From positions 28,690 to 92,689 of the forward strand of contig JAJWNA010000002.1 in NCBI GenBank assembly GCA_021636085.1: a stretch of 64,000 bases of DNA. The letters are read 5' to 3'. The notes under the pieces are model-generated. The model was given only the letters and a program-made list of their open reading frames with translations. It searched no databases and had not been told where the DNA came from. The position numbers and the translations under genes were made by a program. This document shows, one piece after another, positions 28,948 to 39,114 of the stretch; within the stretch, counting starts at the first letter, position 1; the number at the start of each line of letters is the position of its first letter. Origin of the DNA: Candidatus Avelusimicrobium faecicola (GTDB lineage Bacteria; Elusimicrobiota; Elusimicrobia; Elusimicrobiales; Elusimicrobiaceae).

Positions 28948-29740
28948 CATTCACCCCACTGCTATTATTGACCCCTCGGCCAAAATAGACCCCTCTACCC
29001 ATATTGGCCCGTATTCTATTATTGGCGCCAATGTAGTAATCGGTAAAGAAAACCAAATCGGCCCGTACTGCGTGATAGAAAATACCACCATGGGTGACAA
29101 AAACCGCATTATTGCCAGTGCCTTTATCGGCGTGGCGCCGCAAGATTTGTCTTATAAGGGCGAAGATACCCGCGTAGTCATGGGGGACGGCAACCAAATC
29201 CGGGAATGTGTCACCATTCACCGCTCCACCAAATTGGACATTCCCACCTCTATCGGCAACAACTGCCTGCTGATGGCCAACTCCCATGTGGCGCACGACT
29301 GCCACCTGGGCAACAACATTATTGTAGCCAACTGCACCGGTATTGCCGGGCATGTTATTGTGGAAGACCGGGTGGTTATGTCCGGCATGGTAGGCGTACA
29401 CCAATTTGTGCGCGTGGGCACTATGGCTATGCTTTCCGGCGGGGCCATGGTACCGCTGGATATTCCCCCCTATTGTATTGCCCAGGGAGAACGTGCCCGC
29501 TTGGTGGGCTTAAACATTGTGGGTATGCGCCGCGCCGGGCTGTCGCGCGAAACGATTATGCAAATCCGCCAGGCATTTAAGTTTTTATTCCGCAGCAACA
29601 AACGCCTGGAAGACGCCCTGGCAGAATTGGAAGCCACCCACCCTTGCAAAGAAGTGCAGCACATGATTGACTTTTGCCGCACCTCTCCGCGCGGTATTAC
29701 CGCGGCTAAACGCAAAGTCAACGAAGCCGATAATGACTAA
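28940..29740 (+). CDS. lpxA: acyl-ACP-UDP-GlcNAc O-acyltransferase
   Basis: Hexapeptide-repeat beta-helix with an LpxA-type C-terminal helical domain. Confidence 0.85.
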   Translation: MPNIHPTAIIDPSAKIDPSTHIGPYSIIGANVVIGKENQIGPYCVIENTTMGDKNRIIASAFIGVAPQDLSYKGEDTRVVMGDGNQIRECVTIHRSTKLDIPTSIGNNCLLMANSHVAHDCHLGNNIIVANCTGIAGHVIVEDRVVMSGMVGVHQFVRVGTMAMLSGGAMVPLDIPPYCIAQGERARLVGLNIVGMRRAGLSRETIMQIRQAFKFLFRSNKRLEDALAELEATHPCKEVQHMIDFCRTSPRGITAAKRKVNEADND

Positions 29741-30557
29741 TAAATTGGGAATCATCGCGGGCGAAGGCAAAATGCCCCTTTATATTGCCGCCAAAGCGGC
29801 ACAAAAGGGGTATGAGGTCTTTATTGCCGGGGTAAAAGGCAACGCCCGCGAGGATGATTTCCGCCAAATTCCTTGCGTTTTCAAGCCGTTAAGGCTCGGG
29901 CAAATGGGCGCGTGCATGGAGTTCTTCAAAGCGCACGGCGTACAGCAAATTTTAATGGCCGGGCGGGTACAGCACACGTCCATTTTTGCCAACCTTCTGC
30001 CGGATTTACGCGGGGCCAAATTTTTGGCTTCCCTTAAAAATATGGGCACCAAATACCTGCTTTCCCGCGTGATAGAGGAATTTCATAAAGAAGGGTTGGA
30101 ATTTACCCATTCTGCCCTGTTTTTGGAAGATTTTATGCCCAAACAAGGCGTTTTAAGCCGCCGCCAACCCACCGAAGACGAATTAAAAACCGTTCAATTC
30201 GGGTTAAAAATTGCCAAAGCGGTGGCGGCGCTGGATATTGGGCTTACCTGCGTGGTCAGCCAAAACGCCACGATTGCGGTGGAAGGCATGGAAGGCACCG
30301 ACCGATGTATTTTGCGGGCGGGCGAGTTATACAAAAAATCGGCCGAAAAAGACGTACCCGTAGCCGTTGTAAAAGTGGCCCGGCCGGACCAAGACGCACG
30401 GTTTGATTTGCCCGTGGTAGGCAAAGGCACGCTGGAAAGCGCCCACAAGGCGGGGTTCCATATTGTAGCCTTTGAGGCCGGCAAAACGCTCGTGTTGGAT
30501 TTGGAAGATGTTATAAAACTGGCCGATAAATACAAAATTTGTTTCCTGGCCGTATAA
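29733..30557 (+). CDS. lpxI: UDP-2,3-diacylglucosamine hydrolase LpxI (DUF1009)
   Basis: Start MTNKLGIIAGEGKMP overlaps the lpxA stop. The two-domain LpxI pattern and the lipid A cluster context support the call. Confidence 0.7.
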   Translation: MTNKLGIIAGEGKMPLYIAAKAAQKGYEVFIAGVKGNAREDDFRQIPCVFKPLRLGQMGACMEFFKAHGVQQILMAGRVQHTSIFANLLPDLRGAKFLASLKNMGTKYLLSRVIEEFHKEGLEFTHSALFLEDFMPKQGVLSRRQPTEDELKTVQFGLKIAKAVAALDIGLTCVVSQNATIAVEGMEGTDRCILRAGELYKKSAEKDVPVAVVKVARPDQDARFDLPVVGKGTLESAHKAGFHIVAFEAGKTLVLDLEDVIKLADKYKICFLAV

Positions 30558-30579
30558 AATGGGCCCGATTTGAAAAAGA

Positions 30580-30608
30580 CCCCGGTTTTGCCGGGGCCTT
30601 TTCATTTT
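30580..30608 (+). terminator. rho-independent terminator after lipid A cluster
   Basis: ccccgg-ttttg-ccgggg followed by ccttttcatttt. Confidence 0.55.
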
Positions 30609-30838
30609 ATCCGCCTTGCCGGGCCACACGGCCCACACTCCGCGCGTTTAAGCCCCCGCACTGCCCGGCCCAAAATCCCGCGCACCGGGGCCGCCATAGG
30701 GAGCGTTCCCCTGCTATAAATGGCTTTTCCCCCGCCAAGGCTTTCCAAACGTCCGTTTATTTGATAGTATTTAATAGGATACTTCCCCCTTGAAACGGGA
30801 GAAGATTTTGCCGTATTTTAATGATTAAGAGGAAAAAA

Positions 30839-31597
30839 ATGACCAAAAGAACACCCATTATTGCCGGAAACTGGAAAATGCACAACACGCTGGCGGAATC
30901 TGCCGCGTTAATCAAAGGACTTACCGAAAATTTTGAAAATAAACAAAATGCCGAAATTATTGTTGCTCCGTCTTACACCTCTTTGGCTAAAGTAGCCGAA
31001 CTTTGCAAAGGCACCGCCATTAAGGTAGCCGCCCAAGATGTGCATTGGGAAGACAAAGGCGCTTTCACGAGCGCGGTTTCCCCCGTGCAGGCCAAAGATG
31101 CCGGCGCCACCCACACCATTATCGGCCATAGCGAACGCCGCAGCGTATTTGGCGATACGGACGAAATTTTGAACAAAAAAGTAGCCGCCGCCTTGCGCCA
31201 CGGCTTAACCGTCATCTTCTGCGTAGGCGAAACTTTGGCCCAGCGCGAAGCCGGCGAAACCTTACAAGTCATTGAAGCCCAACTGAAAAACGGCTTAAAA
31301 GATTTCACCGCCGAACAATTAAAAGGCCTGATTATTGCCTACGAACCCGTTTGGGCCATCGGCACGGGCAAAACCGCCACGCCGGAACAAGCGCAGGAAG
31401 TACACGCCGCTATCCGCCAGTATTTAGCCACCGCTTACGGCAATGATTTTGCCCAAGCCACCCGCATTTTGTACGGCGGCAGCGTGAAAGATTCCAACGT
31501 GGACGAAATTATGGCTAAAGAAGACGTGGACGGCGCTTTAGTGGGCGGCCAGTCTTTAATCGCGGAAAAATTCCGCCGCATTATTAACTTTAACTAA
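30839..31597 (+). CDS. tpiA: triosephosphate isomerase
   Basis: IAGNWKMH, the catalytic loop region, and GGQSL. AAGAGG RBS. Confidence 0.9.
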   Translation: MTKRTPIIAGNWKMHNTLAESAALIKGLTENFENKQNAEIIVAPSYTSLAKVAELCKGTAIKVAAQDVHWEDKGAFTSAVSPVQAKDAGATHTIIGHSERRSVFGDTDEILNKKVAAALRHGLTVIFCVGETLAQREAGETLQVIEAQLKNGLKDFTAEQLKGLIIAYEPVWAIGTGKTATPEQAQEVHAAIRQYLATAYGNDFAQATRILYGGSVKDSNVDEIMAKEDVDGALVGGQSLIAEKFRRIINFN

Positions 31598-31610
31598 GCC
31601 GGAGGCTTTT

Positions 31611-32255
31611 ATGAACCTTGCCAAAGTAATTGACCATACCTTATTAAAACCCACCGCTACCCGCGAACAGATTGAAACTTTATGCCGCGAAGCGGCCGAA
31701 CACGGCTTTTGCAGTGTATGCGTAAACCCATATTGGGTACCTTTAGCGGCCAAAATGCTCAAAGGCACCGGGGTTAAAACCTGCACCGTGATTGGGTTTC
31801 CGTTGGGGGCCAACGCCACTGAGGTAAAGGTTTTTGAAGCCAAAACCGCGCTGGAAAACGGCGCCGACGAATTGGATATGGTTATCAATATCGGCGCGTT
31901 AAAAAGCAAAGATTACGACACCGTCCTCCAAGACATCCGCGCCCTGCGGGCCTTGGGGGACAACTTTGTCCTAAAAGTTATCATTGAAACCAGTGAGCTG
32001 ACGGACGAAGAAAAAGTAAAAGCCTGCGAACTGGCCGCCGAGGCCAAGGCGGATTTTGTAAAAACCTCCACCGGCTTTACCAAAGGCGGGGCTACCGTGC
32101 ATGATGTGGCCTTAATGAAAAAATCCATTCCGGCCGGCATGCAGGTAAAAGCCTCGGGCGGCGTACGCACCCGGGAAGATGCCGAAGCTATGCTAGCGGC
32201 CGGCGCCACCCGTTTAGGGGCCAGTAGCGGCATTAAAATTGTAGAGGGAAAATGA
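31611..32255 (+). CDS. deoC: deoxyribose-phosphate aldolase
   Basis: [11 protein letters not shown]...CVNPYWV, and the lysine Schiff-base region VKTSTGF. Confidence 0.85.
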   Translation: MNLAKVIDHTLLKPTATREQIETLCREAAEHGFCSVCVNPYWVPLAAKMLKGTGVKTCTVIGFPLGANATEVKVFEAKTALENGADELDMVINIGALKSKDYDTVLQDIRALRALGDNFVLKVIIETSELTDEEKVKACELAAEAKADFVKTSTGFTKGGATVHDVALMKKSIPAGMQVKASGGVRTREDAEAMLAAGATRLGASSGIKIVEGK

Positions 32256-35200
32256 TTCAAAATTGGGATATTGTTTCTCGGATTGACCCGCAAACTAAAA
32301 GTCTGCTTTATGCGCTAGTAATAGACGGCACGGAACATGATGCCCGGCTGATTGCCAAAAAATTGGCCGGGTATGCTCAAGCTCCTACGGCCGCCGTGGC
32401 GCCGTTTGTGTATCAATTTGAATTGCCCAGCGATATGGACGAAGGGACCCTGGACAAAATCCGCACAGCCGTGACGGAAGGCATATCCCAAACCAACAAA
32501 GTAAACCAATTTGTTCCCGGCGGCGTATTGGGCGAACCCCTGTTCAACCAAGACGTGACCAAAGAGGACAAAGATTTCCCCACTTTTATTACCTTAGACC
32601 CTTCCGAAAGTTTTTTCAGCCCCTCCGGAGCCGGGGACGTGGCCAACCGCGACACCATCGGCCGCGGCTCTATTGATTTAGATGTACCCGCCGGACTTGA
32701 CCTGCAAAAACAGGTCGTCAGCACCCAATCGGAAGCGTTGCCGGAAGAACTGGCCAAATTGGCCGCCAAACACCGGCCCAACGCCGCAACTGTTCCGCCC
32801 GCTCCGGCCGAAAAAGCACCCGCCGCCGAAGTACACACGCCCCAAGTGCCCGCCGCCGCAGAGCCCGCACAAGGGCCCGCCGTTCCGGCGGCAGAAACAC
32901 CCGCGCCGGAGGTTTCGGCCCCTGCCGAAGAAAGCAACCCGATAAACGACAAAGATATGCTGATTAAGGACATGGAAGGCACATTGCTGGACCAAATGCC
33001 CTTGGACGACATTTTTGAAGCCAAAACCAAATACGATATGTTTTTGGATTTGAACGACCCGAAAGCCAATCAGCAAGCCAATGCCGGGCGGAATGCCAAA
33101 CTGGGCGACTTGGCGGACGGCAAAGACAGTTTAGAAGAAACTTTCAACATTTTTGAACAGAAAATAAAAGACGAAACCTGCTTTATGGATTTGGACGCGC
33201 AAGGCCACATTACCACGCGCGCCGCGGGAGCCGCAACGCCGGAAAAAGCACCCGCCGCGCAAGTGTCCGTTCCCCCGGCCGAAGATAAAAAGCCGGAAGA
33301 GCCCGCCGCGCAAGCCGCGGTTCCGCCCCTCCAAACCGCCCCGCAGGAGCCGTCTGCCCCGGTTTCCAAACCGCAAGCGCCGGAGGAGGATTCCTTAAAA
33401 ATACAAATCCGCGCGCCGCAACCGCAAACGGCGCAGGAAACCCCGGCCGCCGTGCAAGAGGCCCCCGGGAATGACATGTTCCGTTTAAGCAATCACGACG
33501 GCACCATTAACCCCGCGGCAAGCGGTATGCCGGATGTTGCGGCACCGCAAACGGCCCCGCAACCCAAAGAAGAAAACTCCGTGCAAATGCCGGAAGAACT
33601 GAAAATTTTGGACACGATTGCTCCGGTTGCCGGAGTCAGTGTCCGCCATTTTGATGCGACGGAACACCAACCCGCAAACCCGGATACCGATTTACCCGAA
33701 ATTACCATCCGCGAGCGGGTGGACGTATTAGAAAAAACATTCAATTTAGAAACAACCATTAATAAAGAAACGCTCCAGCGGACTTTTCAGCAAACGCTAG
33801 ATACAGAAACGCCGGAGCTGGCGCACCCGCTCCGCACCGAAACAACGGCCATGCGGGAAATGCGCGAACGCCAGGAAGCGCTGTTGCGCGAGGGCGTAGC
33901 GCCCGAAGTGCCGCAAATAGCGCCCAAAGTGCAACAGCCCGAGCCCCAGGTGCCGCAAGCCGAGCCCCAAGCACCGCAAATGGCGCAAACTGTGCCCGAC
34001 GTGCCGCAAGCCGAGCCCCAAGCACCGCAAATGCCGCAAGCCGAGCCCCAAGCACCGCAAATGGCGCAAGCTGTGCCCGAAGTGCCGCAAATAGCGCCCA
34101 AAGTGCAACAGGCCGAGCCCCAGGTGCCGCAAGCTGAAATTTCTATGCCTGCAGGCCCGGTTTTGGCTCCCGCTAAACCGGCCGATTTGCCGGATATCCC
34201 CCGGGTTCAGCCGGCGCAAAGCGTTGCCCCCGCACAGCCTGCCAAGCCGCAGGCGGCCCCAGTGGAAGCCGCCCCGGCGCAACCGGCCCCGGCCGTGCAA
34301 GAGGTGGCCCTACCGAAACACAAGACTTTTCGTATTAAATTAAAAAAACCGCTGGAGCAAACCAAAGCCCCGGCTACTGACGATTTACATTTACAAAACG
34401 ATAATAAGGCGGAATCAGTTATGCAAGAAAATAACGAAGCAAAACATACTTTTCGTATCCGGCGCAAGGAGCCGCTAACCCAGCCCCAAGCACCGTTGCA
34501 GCCTGCCGCTCCGCGGCCGGAACCTGTACAAGCACCCCAGCAGCCGCAAGTGCCGCCGATCCCGGTTCAGCCGGCCGTTCAGCCTGCACCCATGCAACAA
34601 CCTGCACCGCAACCCGCTGTGCAACCGGCGCCTGTACCACAACCGGCCCCTGCGCCGCAACCGGCCGTTCAGCCTGCGCCCGTACAGCAACCTGCTCCGG
34701 CCCCGCAACCGGCGCCTGCGCGCCCGGCCGCTTTAGGCCCCAACTCTACCGGGGCCCGGGTAGAAAAGCCCAAAACCATAGACCATTCTATTGAGCTTCC
34801 GCTTTCCGAACTTAAAAAACATAACTGGCCGCTGGAAGTGCCGCTCGTGCCTACTTATACCCTGGAAAACCTGGTTATTTCCGTCAATCGTTTTGCGCAC
34901 GCAACCACGGTTTCCGTAATTGATGCCCCCGGCAAGCTCTACAACCCGCTTGTCTTGTTCGGGCCGACGGGCACCGGCAAAACCCACTTCTTAAACGCCA
35001 TTGGGTATGCCATGAGCCAAAAACTCGGGCAGGAAAATATTTTTATGACCAACGGTGTCCGCTTGTCCCGCGGTATCCAACGCTATGTGATGGAAGGCAA
35101 TATTGATAAATTTGAAAAATTTATGGATTCCGTCAAAGTGTTGTTAATTGACGACATCCATTTAATTGCCGTCAACGAACAAAACCGCGTGCATATTTCC

Positions 35201-36016
35201 AATTTGCTTAATAAATTCTTAAAAGCGCAAAAGCAAATTGTCATTACTTCCAAATATCCGCCGGAATCCTTGGCTAAATTGGAAGAGCTGATTAATTTTA
35301 AGTTGGATTCGGGGTGGATTTCCGAATTAAAAAGTGCCCACGGCCCGGCCCATTTCAAAATTGTTAAAAAAATGTTGACCGATAACGGGATAGACTTGAC
35401 CGATAACCAGGTGGAAGCCTTTTTCGGTGCGCCGAACATCACGTTAAGCACCGTTTCGCGCAGTATCCGCCGTATTAAAGTGTTGGAACAGGTCATTTTC
35501 CCCGGGTTGGAAGGCGTGGACCGCTCCCAAGTGATGATTTTGGAAAAACTCCTGGCCACCAAAGGGGAAGACCAAAACAGCGCCATTATGAAGCATAGCC
35601 CGGATGAAATTACCTCTCTGCCGCCGTTTGGCAAAGGGGAATGGGGCCGCATTGGCTTCTTCTATCCGCAAAACAGTTCCAATATGATGAACTGGATGGT
35701 GTATGCGCTGTCCGAACGCGCCAAAGAATTGGGCATAGAAGGCAGTTTTGAAATTGCCGTCCGTTCTTCTTACGCTACGGAAAACGTCATTTCGTCCGCG
35801 TTCAAAATAGCCAACCTGTGCGACAATAAAAAGCTCAAAGGCGCGGTTATTTTGGGGCCCTCTTTACAAGTGTGTGACCCCTCTGTGCGGGAAAACTTCT
35901 ACGATATTTTAACGCACATGTTGGAAGTTATGCTCATACGCTGCGGCATTATTAATATGGAAGACGTCAGCCTGCCCAGCACTTATGTAAAGCTGATTAG
36001 CGAATTATTGAGGTAA
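32252..36016 (+). CDS. giant (1254 aa) protein: unknown N-terminal domain + ~800-aa Pro/Gln/Ala-rich repeat region + DnaA-type AAA+ domain III (no domain IV) + unknown ~190-aa C-terminal domain
   Basis: Residues ~830-1060 align motif-by-motif with DnaA domain III: [22 protein letters not shown] (Walker A), [11 protein letters not shown] (Walker B), [10 protein letters not shown] (sensor 1), and the lid region. Translationally coupled to deoC (ATGA overlap). Confidence 0.7.
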   Translation: MIQNWDIVSRIDPQTKSLLYALVIDGTEHDARLIAKKLAGYAQAPTAAVAPFVYQFELPSDMDEGTLDKIRTAVTEGISQTNKVNQFVPGGVLGEPLFNQDVTKEDKDFPTFITLDPSESFFSPSGAGDVANRDTIGRGSIDLDVPAGLDLQKQVVSTQSEALPEELAKLAAKHRPNAATVPPAPAEKAPAAEVHTPQVPAAAEPAQGPAVPAAETPAPEVSAPAEESNPINDKDMLIKDMEGTLLDQMPLDDIFEAKTKYDMFLDLNDPKANQQANAGRNAKLGDLADGKDSLEETFNIFEQKIKDETCFMDLDAQGHITTRAAGAATPEKAPAAQVSVPPAEDKKPEEPAAQAAVPPLQTAPQEPSAPVSKPQAPEEDSLKIQIRAPQPQTAQETPAAVQEAPGNDMFRLSNHDGTINPAASGMPDVAAPQTAPQPKEENSVQMPEELKILDTIAPVAGVSVRHFDATEHQPANPDTDLPEITIRERVDVLEKTFNLETTINKETLQRTFQQTLDTETPELAHPLRTETTAMREMRERQEALLREGVAPEVPQIAPKVQQPEPQVPQAEPQAPQMAQTVPDVPQAEPQAPQMPQAEPQAPQMAQAVPEVPQIAPKVQQAEPQVPQAEISMPAGPVLAPAKPADLPDIPRVQPAQSVAPAQPAKPQAAPVEAAPAQPAPAVQEVALPKHKTFRIKLKKPLEQTKAPATDDLHLQNDNKAESVMQENNEAKHTFRIRRKEPLTQPQAPLQPAAPRPEPVQAPQQPQVPPIPVQPAVQPAPMQQPAPQPAVQPAPVPQPAPAPQPAVQPAPVQQPAPAPQPAPARPAALGPNSTGARVEKPKTIDHSIELPLSELKKHNWPLEVPLVPTYTLENLVISVNRFAHATTVSVIDAPGKLYNPLVLFGPTGTGKTHFLNAIGYAMSQKLGQENIFMTNGVRLSRGIQRYVMEGNIDKFEKFMDSVKVLLIDDIHLIAVNEQNRVHISNLLNKFLKAQKQIVITSKYPPESLAKLEELINFKLDSGWISELKSAHGPAHFKIVKKMLTDNGIDLTDNQVEAFFGAPNITLSTVSRSIRRIKVLEQVIFPGLEGVDRSQVMILEKLLATKGEDQNSAIMKHSPDEITSLPPFGKGEWGRIGFFYPQNSSNMMNWMVYALSERAKELGIEGSFEIAVRSSYATENVISSAFKIANLCDNKKLKGAVILGPSLQVCDPSVRENFYDILTHMLEVMLIRCGIINMEDVSLPSTYVKLISELLR
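33900..34135 (+). repeat. in-frame degenerate tandem DNA repeats (~39-bp and ~56-bp units) encoding PQ(A/M)EPQAPQ peptide repeats
   Basis: gaagtgccgcaaatagcgcccaaagtgcaacag(c/g)ccgagccccaggtgccgcaagc occurs at 33905 and again at 34076, with three gccgagccccaagcaccgcaaatg(g/c)cgcaa units in between. Confidence 0.85.
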
Positions 36017-36019
36017 ACC

Positions 36020-36469
36020 ATGAAAAAACTTTTCTTGGGCGTGTGTTGCGCTTTATGGGTATGCGCCTGCGCGGGCGGCTTAAAAACCGCCGTCAAAGAC
36101 GGCAAAATTGCCCCGCAATTTAACGATACGTTGGTGGATTCCAACTACCTGTGGGTACGCGGTTTTGGGGCGGCAAACCCCAAACATACCGGCGTTTCCC
36201 AACGCCGCATTATGAGCCGCGAAGCCGCCATCGCCCATGCGTACCAACGCGCCATAGAGGTATTGAAAGGCACCCAAGTTGATGCGGACGTGCAAATTAT
36301 AGATGCCGTCAGCCAGGGCTCCACCATTCATACCTCTGCCGACGGACTGGTACACGGTATGGAACTGGTCAATACCGAGTATTTGGAAGACGACGGTTGC
36401 ACCGTGATTATGCGTCTATCCCAAAAGCAGTTGCAACAGGCCGGGTATAACCTAAAGGAAACCAAATGA
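36020..36469 (+). CDS. lipoprotein (LPP20-like?), unknown function
   Basis: Signal peptide with lipobox VCACAG. The ORF starts 4 nt after the giant gene. Confidence 0.55.
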   Translation: MKKLFLGVCCALWVCACAGGLKTAVKDGKIAPQFNDTLVDSNYLWVRGFGAANPKHTGVSQRRIMSREAAIAHAYQRAIEVLKGTQVDADVQIIDAVSQGSTIHTSADGLVHGMELVNTEYLEDDGCTVIMRLSQKQLQQAGYNLKETK

Positions 36470-37575
36470 AAAAACTACTTTTATTAACTTTAGCCGCCGG
36501 TATATTGTGCGCCGCGTGCGGCTCTTTGCGTATCGGCCCCAAAGGGGAAGGCGAATATGTGATTGCGGAATCCCTGGTTGCGTATGACGAAAACAACCTG
36601 CGCCAGATGAAAAAAGACGGCGAACTGGAAGCCCAAAAACAAGCGGTAGAAAAAGTGGCCGGCGTATTTGTATCCGCCACCGCCACCGTGGACCAAGCCC
36701 AGTTGGTAGAGGATAAAATCACGTCCAAATCGGCCGGGTTTATCCGCCGTTTCCACACGCAAAAAGCCTACCGCAAAAACGACCAATGGTACACCCGCAT
36801 TAAAGCCATGGTGCTGGTTAAAGACATCGGGGACGTTATCCGCCAAGCCGAGGCCGACTCTTTTGCCAAAAAAACAACCATGTTAGTAGCCTCGCGCGAA
36901 GTCATCGGCGAAGAAGTTTCCGTCAAGCAAGACTGCAAACAGGCCGTCTACCGCGCCTTAAAAACACAGCCTTATGCCCTGGTAAACGGGGATAACCTGA
37001 GCCAAAATAATTTGGATAACCCCAACCAAACCATAGACAACGCCCGGCGGGAAGGGGCCCGGTTTATCATTCTGGCGGATGTAGAAGCCAAGCCGCTAAC
37101 CACCCTGGCTACGGGGCTGTCGTCGCCGTTCAAAACGTACCGCGCCAATGTAAATATGAAAGCCGTTTCCACCAAAAATTACGAGGTAGTGGCCGAGGCT
37201 TCCCAACAGTTAAGCGGCCTGGACCCCATTGAATCTATCGCCGCGCAAAAAGCCATTTCCGCCGCGTGCGAAGCCGCCGCCAAGCAGTTAACGGAGCCTA
37301 TCAATGCGGCTATCAATTCCGCCGTTAAATACAACCTGCGGGTGGAAAACGTCAACAACATTGAACGCTTGCGCCAGTTGCAAGACATTTTGAAAGAGCT
37401 GCGCGAAATTGAAGATTTCAACCTTGTAAAATATACCAATTCCGCCGCTTATTTTGAAATTTCCGCCAACATTTCCTCTGGGGAAGAGCTGGTGGCTAAA
37501 ATTTTACGCAAATACAACCAAAATTTCACGGTATCAGCGGTCACCCCGCAAGGGATTGTACTGCTGTTTATATAA
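36466..37575 (+). CDS. lipoprotein, unknown function
   Basis: Lipobox CAACGS. The start overlaps the previous stop (ATGA). Confidence 0.55.
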   Translation: MKKLLLLTLAAGILCAACGSLRIGPKGEGEYVIAESLVAYDENNLRQMKKDGELEAQKQAVEKVAGVFVSATATVDQAQLVEDKITSKSAGFIRRFHTQKAYRKNDQWYTRIKAMVLVKDIGDVIRQAEADSFAKKTTMLVASREVIGEEVSVKQDCKQAVYRALKTQPYALVNGDNLSQNNLDNPNQTIDNARREGARFIILADVEAKPLTTLATGLSSPFKTYRANVNMKAVSTKNYEVVAEASQQLSGLDPIESIAAQKAISAACEAAAKQLTEPINAAINSAVKYNLRVENVNNIERLRQLQDILKELREIEDFNLVKYTNSAAYFEISANISSGEELVAKILRKYNQNFTVSAVTPQGIVLLFI

Positions 37576-39114
37576 ATGCTTTCCAAAGTACACGCCTGCG
37601 CAATTAAAGGCATAGACGGTTTTTTAGTTTCGGTAGAGGTGGACATCGCCCCGGGGATGCCCACCTTGTCCGTGGTCGGCCTGCCGGATACGGAAGTAAA
37701 AGAAAGCAAAGAGCGTGTGATAGCCGCCCTGCGCAACAGCGGGTTTGATTTCCCCCTCAAGCGCATTACGGTTAATTTAAGCCCGGCGGAACTGCGCAAA
37801 AGCGGCACCCAGTTTGATTTGCCGATTGCCGTGGGTATTCTGGCCGCAAGCGAACAACTTTCCGAAGACGCCCGGCGCAAACTGCCCGATTTTCTGTTTG
37901 CGGGCGAACTGGCACTAGACGGCGCCTTGCGCCCTTGCGCGGGGGTGTTGCCTATGCTTATTTCCACGCGCGCGGCCGGCAAAACGGCCGTTATTCCCCC
38001 GCAAAACGTATTGGAAGGGCAAGTATCTTCCGCCCCGTTTATCACGCCGCACACGTTGCGGGAACTGGCCGATTATTTAGAGGGCAAAATCCAACGCGAA
38101 GCGGTACAAATTACCTATTTGCCGCCGGAAGAAGACACAACGCCCGACCCGTTGGATTTTTGCGAAGTGAAAGGCCAACCGCTTGCCAAACGCGCCCTGG
38201 AAATTGCCGCGGCGGGCGGGCACAACGTCTTAATGATTGGCTTGCCCGGCACCGGCAAAAGTATGCTGGCCAAACGTTTCCCCGGTATTTTGCCGCCGCT
38301 TACGGAGCAGGAAGCGTTGGAAATTACCAAAATTTATTCCATTTGCAATTTAATCGGCAAATCCCGCCTGATTACCAAGCGCCCGTTCCGGGACCCGCAC
38401 CATACCATTTCGGATGCGGCCCTTATCGGCGGCGGCTCCAACCCGCGCCCGGGGGAAGTATCCCTGGCGCACAACGGCGTTTTATTTTTAGATGAATTTG
38501 CGGAATTTTCCCGCTCCAGTTTAGAAGTCCTGCGCGAACCGCTGGAAAACGGCGTCGTGACCATTTCCCGCGCCAAAGAAAGCATTACATTCCCGGCCCG
38601 GTTTACCTTACTGGCGGCCATGAACCCCTGCCCCTGCGGCAATTTGGGCCACCCGCACAAGGCGTGTACCTGTTCCCCGGCGCAAATCAACCGCTACCAA
38701 TCGCGCATATCCGGCCCGTTATTGGACCGTATAGATTTAACCGTTAATTTGAATCCTATTAAATACGAAGATTGGAGCAAAGCGAGCGAAGGGGAAAAAT
38801 CCGCCCAAATTTTAGCCCGCGTCTTACAAGCGCGGGAGCGCCAAAAAGTGCGTTTTAAGGGCACGGCTACCACTGCCAACGCGTTTATGACGCCCGCCCA
38901 AATTAAAGCGTTTTGCCCGCTCCCGCCGGGGGCGGATGCCGTATTGGAAACCGCCATGCGCAAACTGGGGTTAAGCGCCCGCAGTTTGGATAAAATCTTA
39001 AAAACGGCCCGCACGATTGCGGATTTGGAAGGCAAAGACCACATTGAAACCCGCCACATTATTGAAGTCATGCAATACCGTCCGCTGGACCGCAAGGGGG
39101 TGGCCGACGTATGA
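37576..39114 (+). CDS. comM: Mg-chelatase-like AAA+ ATPase YifB/ComM
   Basis: N-terminal Lon-like domain, Walker A GLPGTGKSMLAKR, and the C-terminal ComM region. Confidence 0.85.
   Translation: MLSKVHACAIKGIDGFLVSVEVDIAPGMPTLSVVGLPDTEVKESKERVIAALRNSGFDFPLKRITVNLSPAELRKSGTQFDLPIAVGILAASEQLSEDARRKLPDFLFAGELALDGALRPCAGVLPMLISTRAAGKTAVIPPQNVLEGQVSSAPFITPHTLRELADYLEGKIQREAVQITYLPPEEDTTPDPLDFCEVKGQPLAKRALEIAAAGGHNVLMIGLPGTGKSMLAKRFPGILPPLTEQEALEITKIYSICNLIGKSRLITKRPFRDPHHTISDAALIGGGSNPRPGEVSLAHNGVLFLDEFAEFSRSSLEVLREPLENGVVTISRAKESITFPARFTLLAAMNPCPCGNLGHPHKACTCSPAQINRYQSRISGPLLDRIDLTVNLNPIKYEDWSKASEGEKSAQILARVLQARERQKVRFKGTATTANAFMTPAQIKAFCPLPPGADAVLETAMRKLGLSARSLDKILKTARTIADLEGKDHIETRHIIEVMQYRPLDRKGVADV

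Noticed and set aside
30539-30793. 84-aa ORF in the lpxI-tpiA intergenic region.
   Set aside because: It overlaps the lpxI terminator hairpin, has a Pro/Arg-rich composition, and has no RBS. More likely non-coding (see the GC-rich intergenic finding).
32413-34640. Multiple long antisense or alternative-frame ORFs (e.g. 32413-33069-, 33797-34300-, 33070-33492-, 34475-34708-) inside the giant gene.
   Set aside because: They lie in the GC-rich Pro/Ala/Gln repeat region, where any frame is open. Their products are Gly/Arg/Cys-rich nonsense, and the sense-frame carries the conserved DnaA-type domain downstream.
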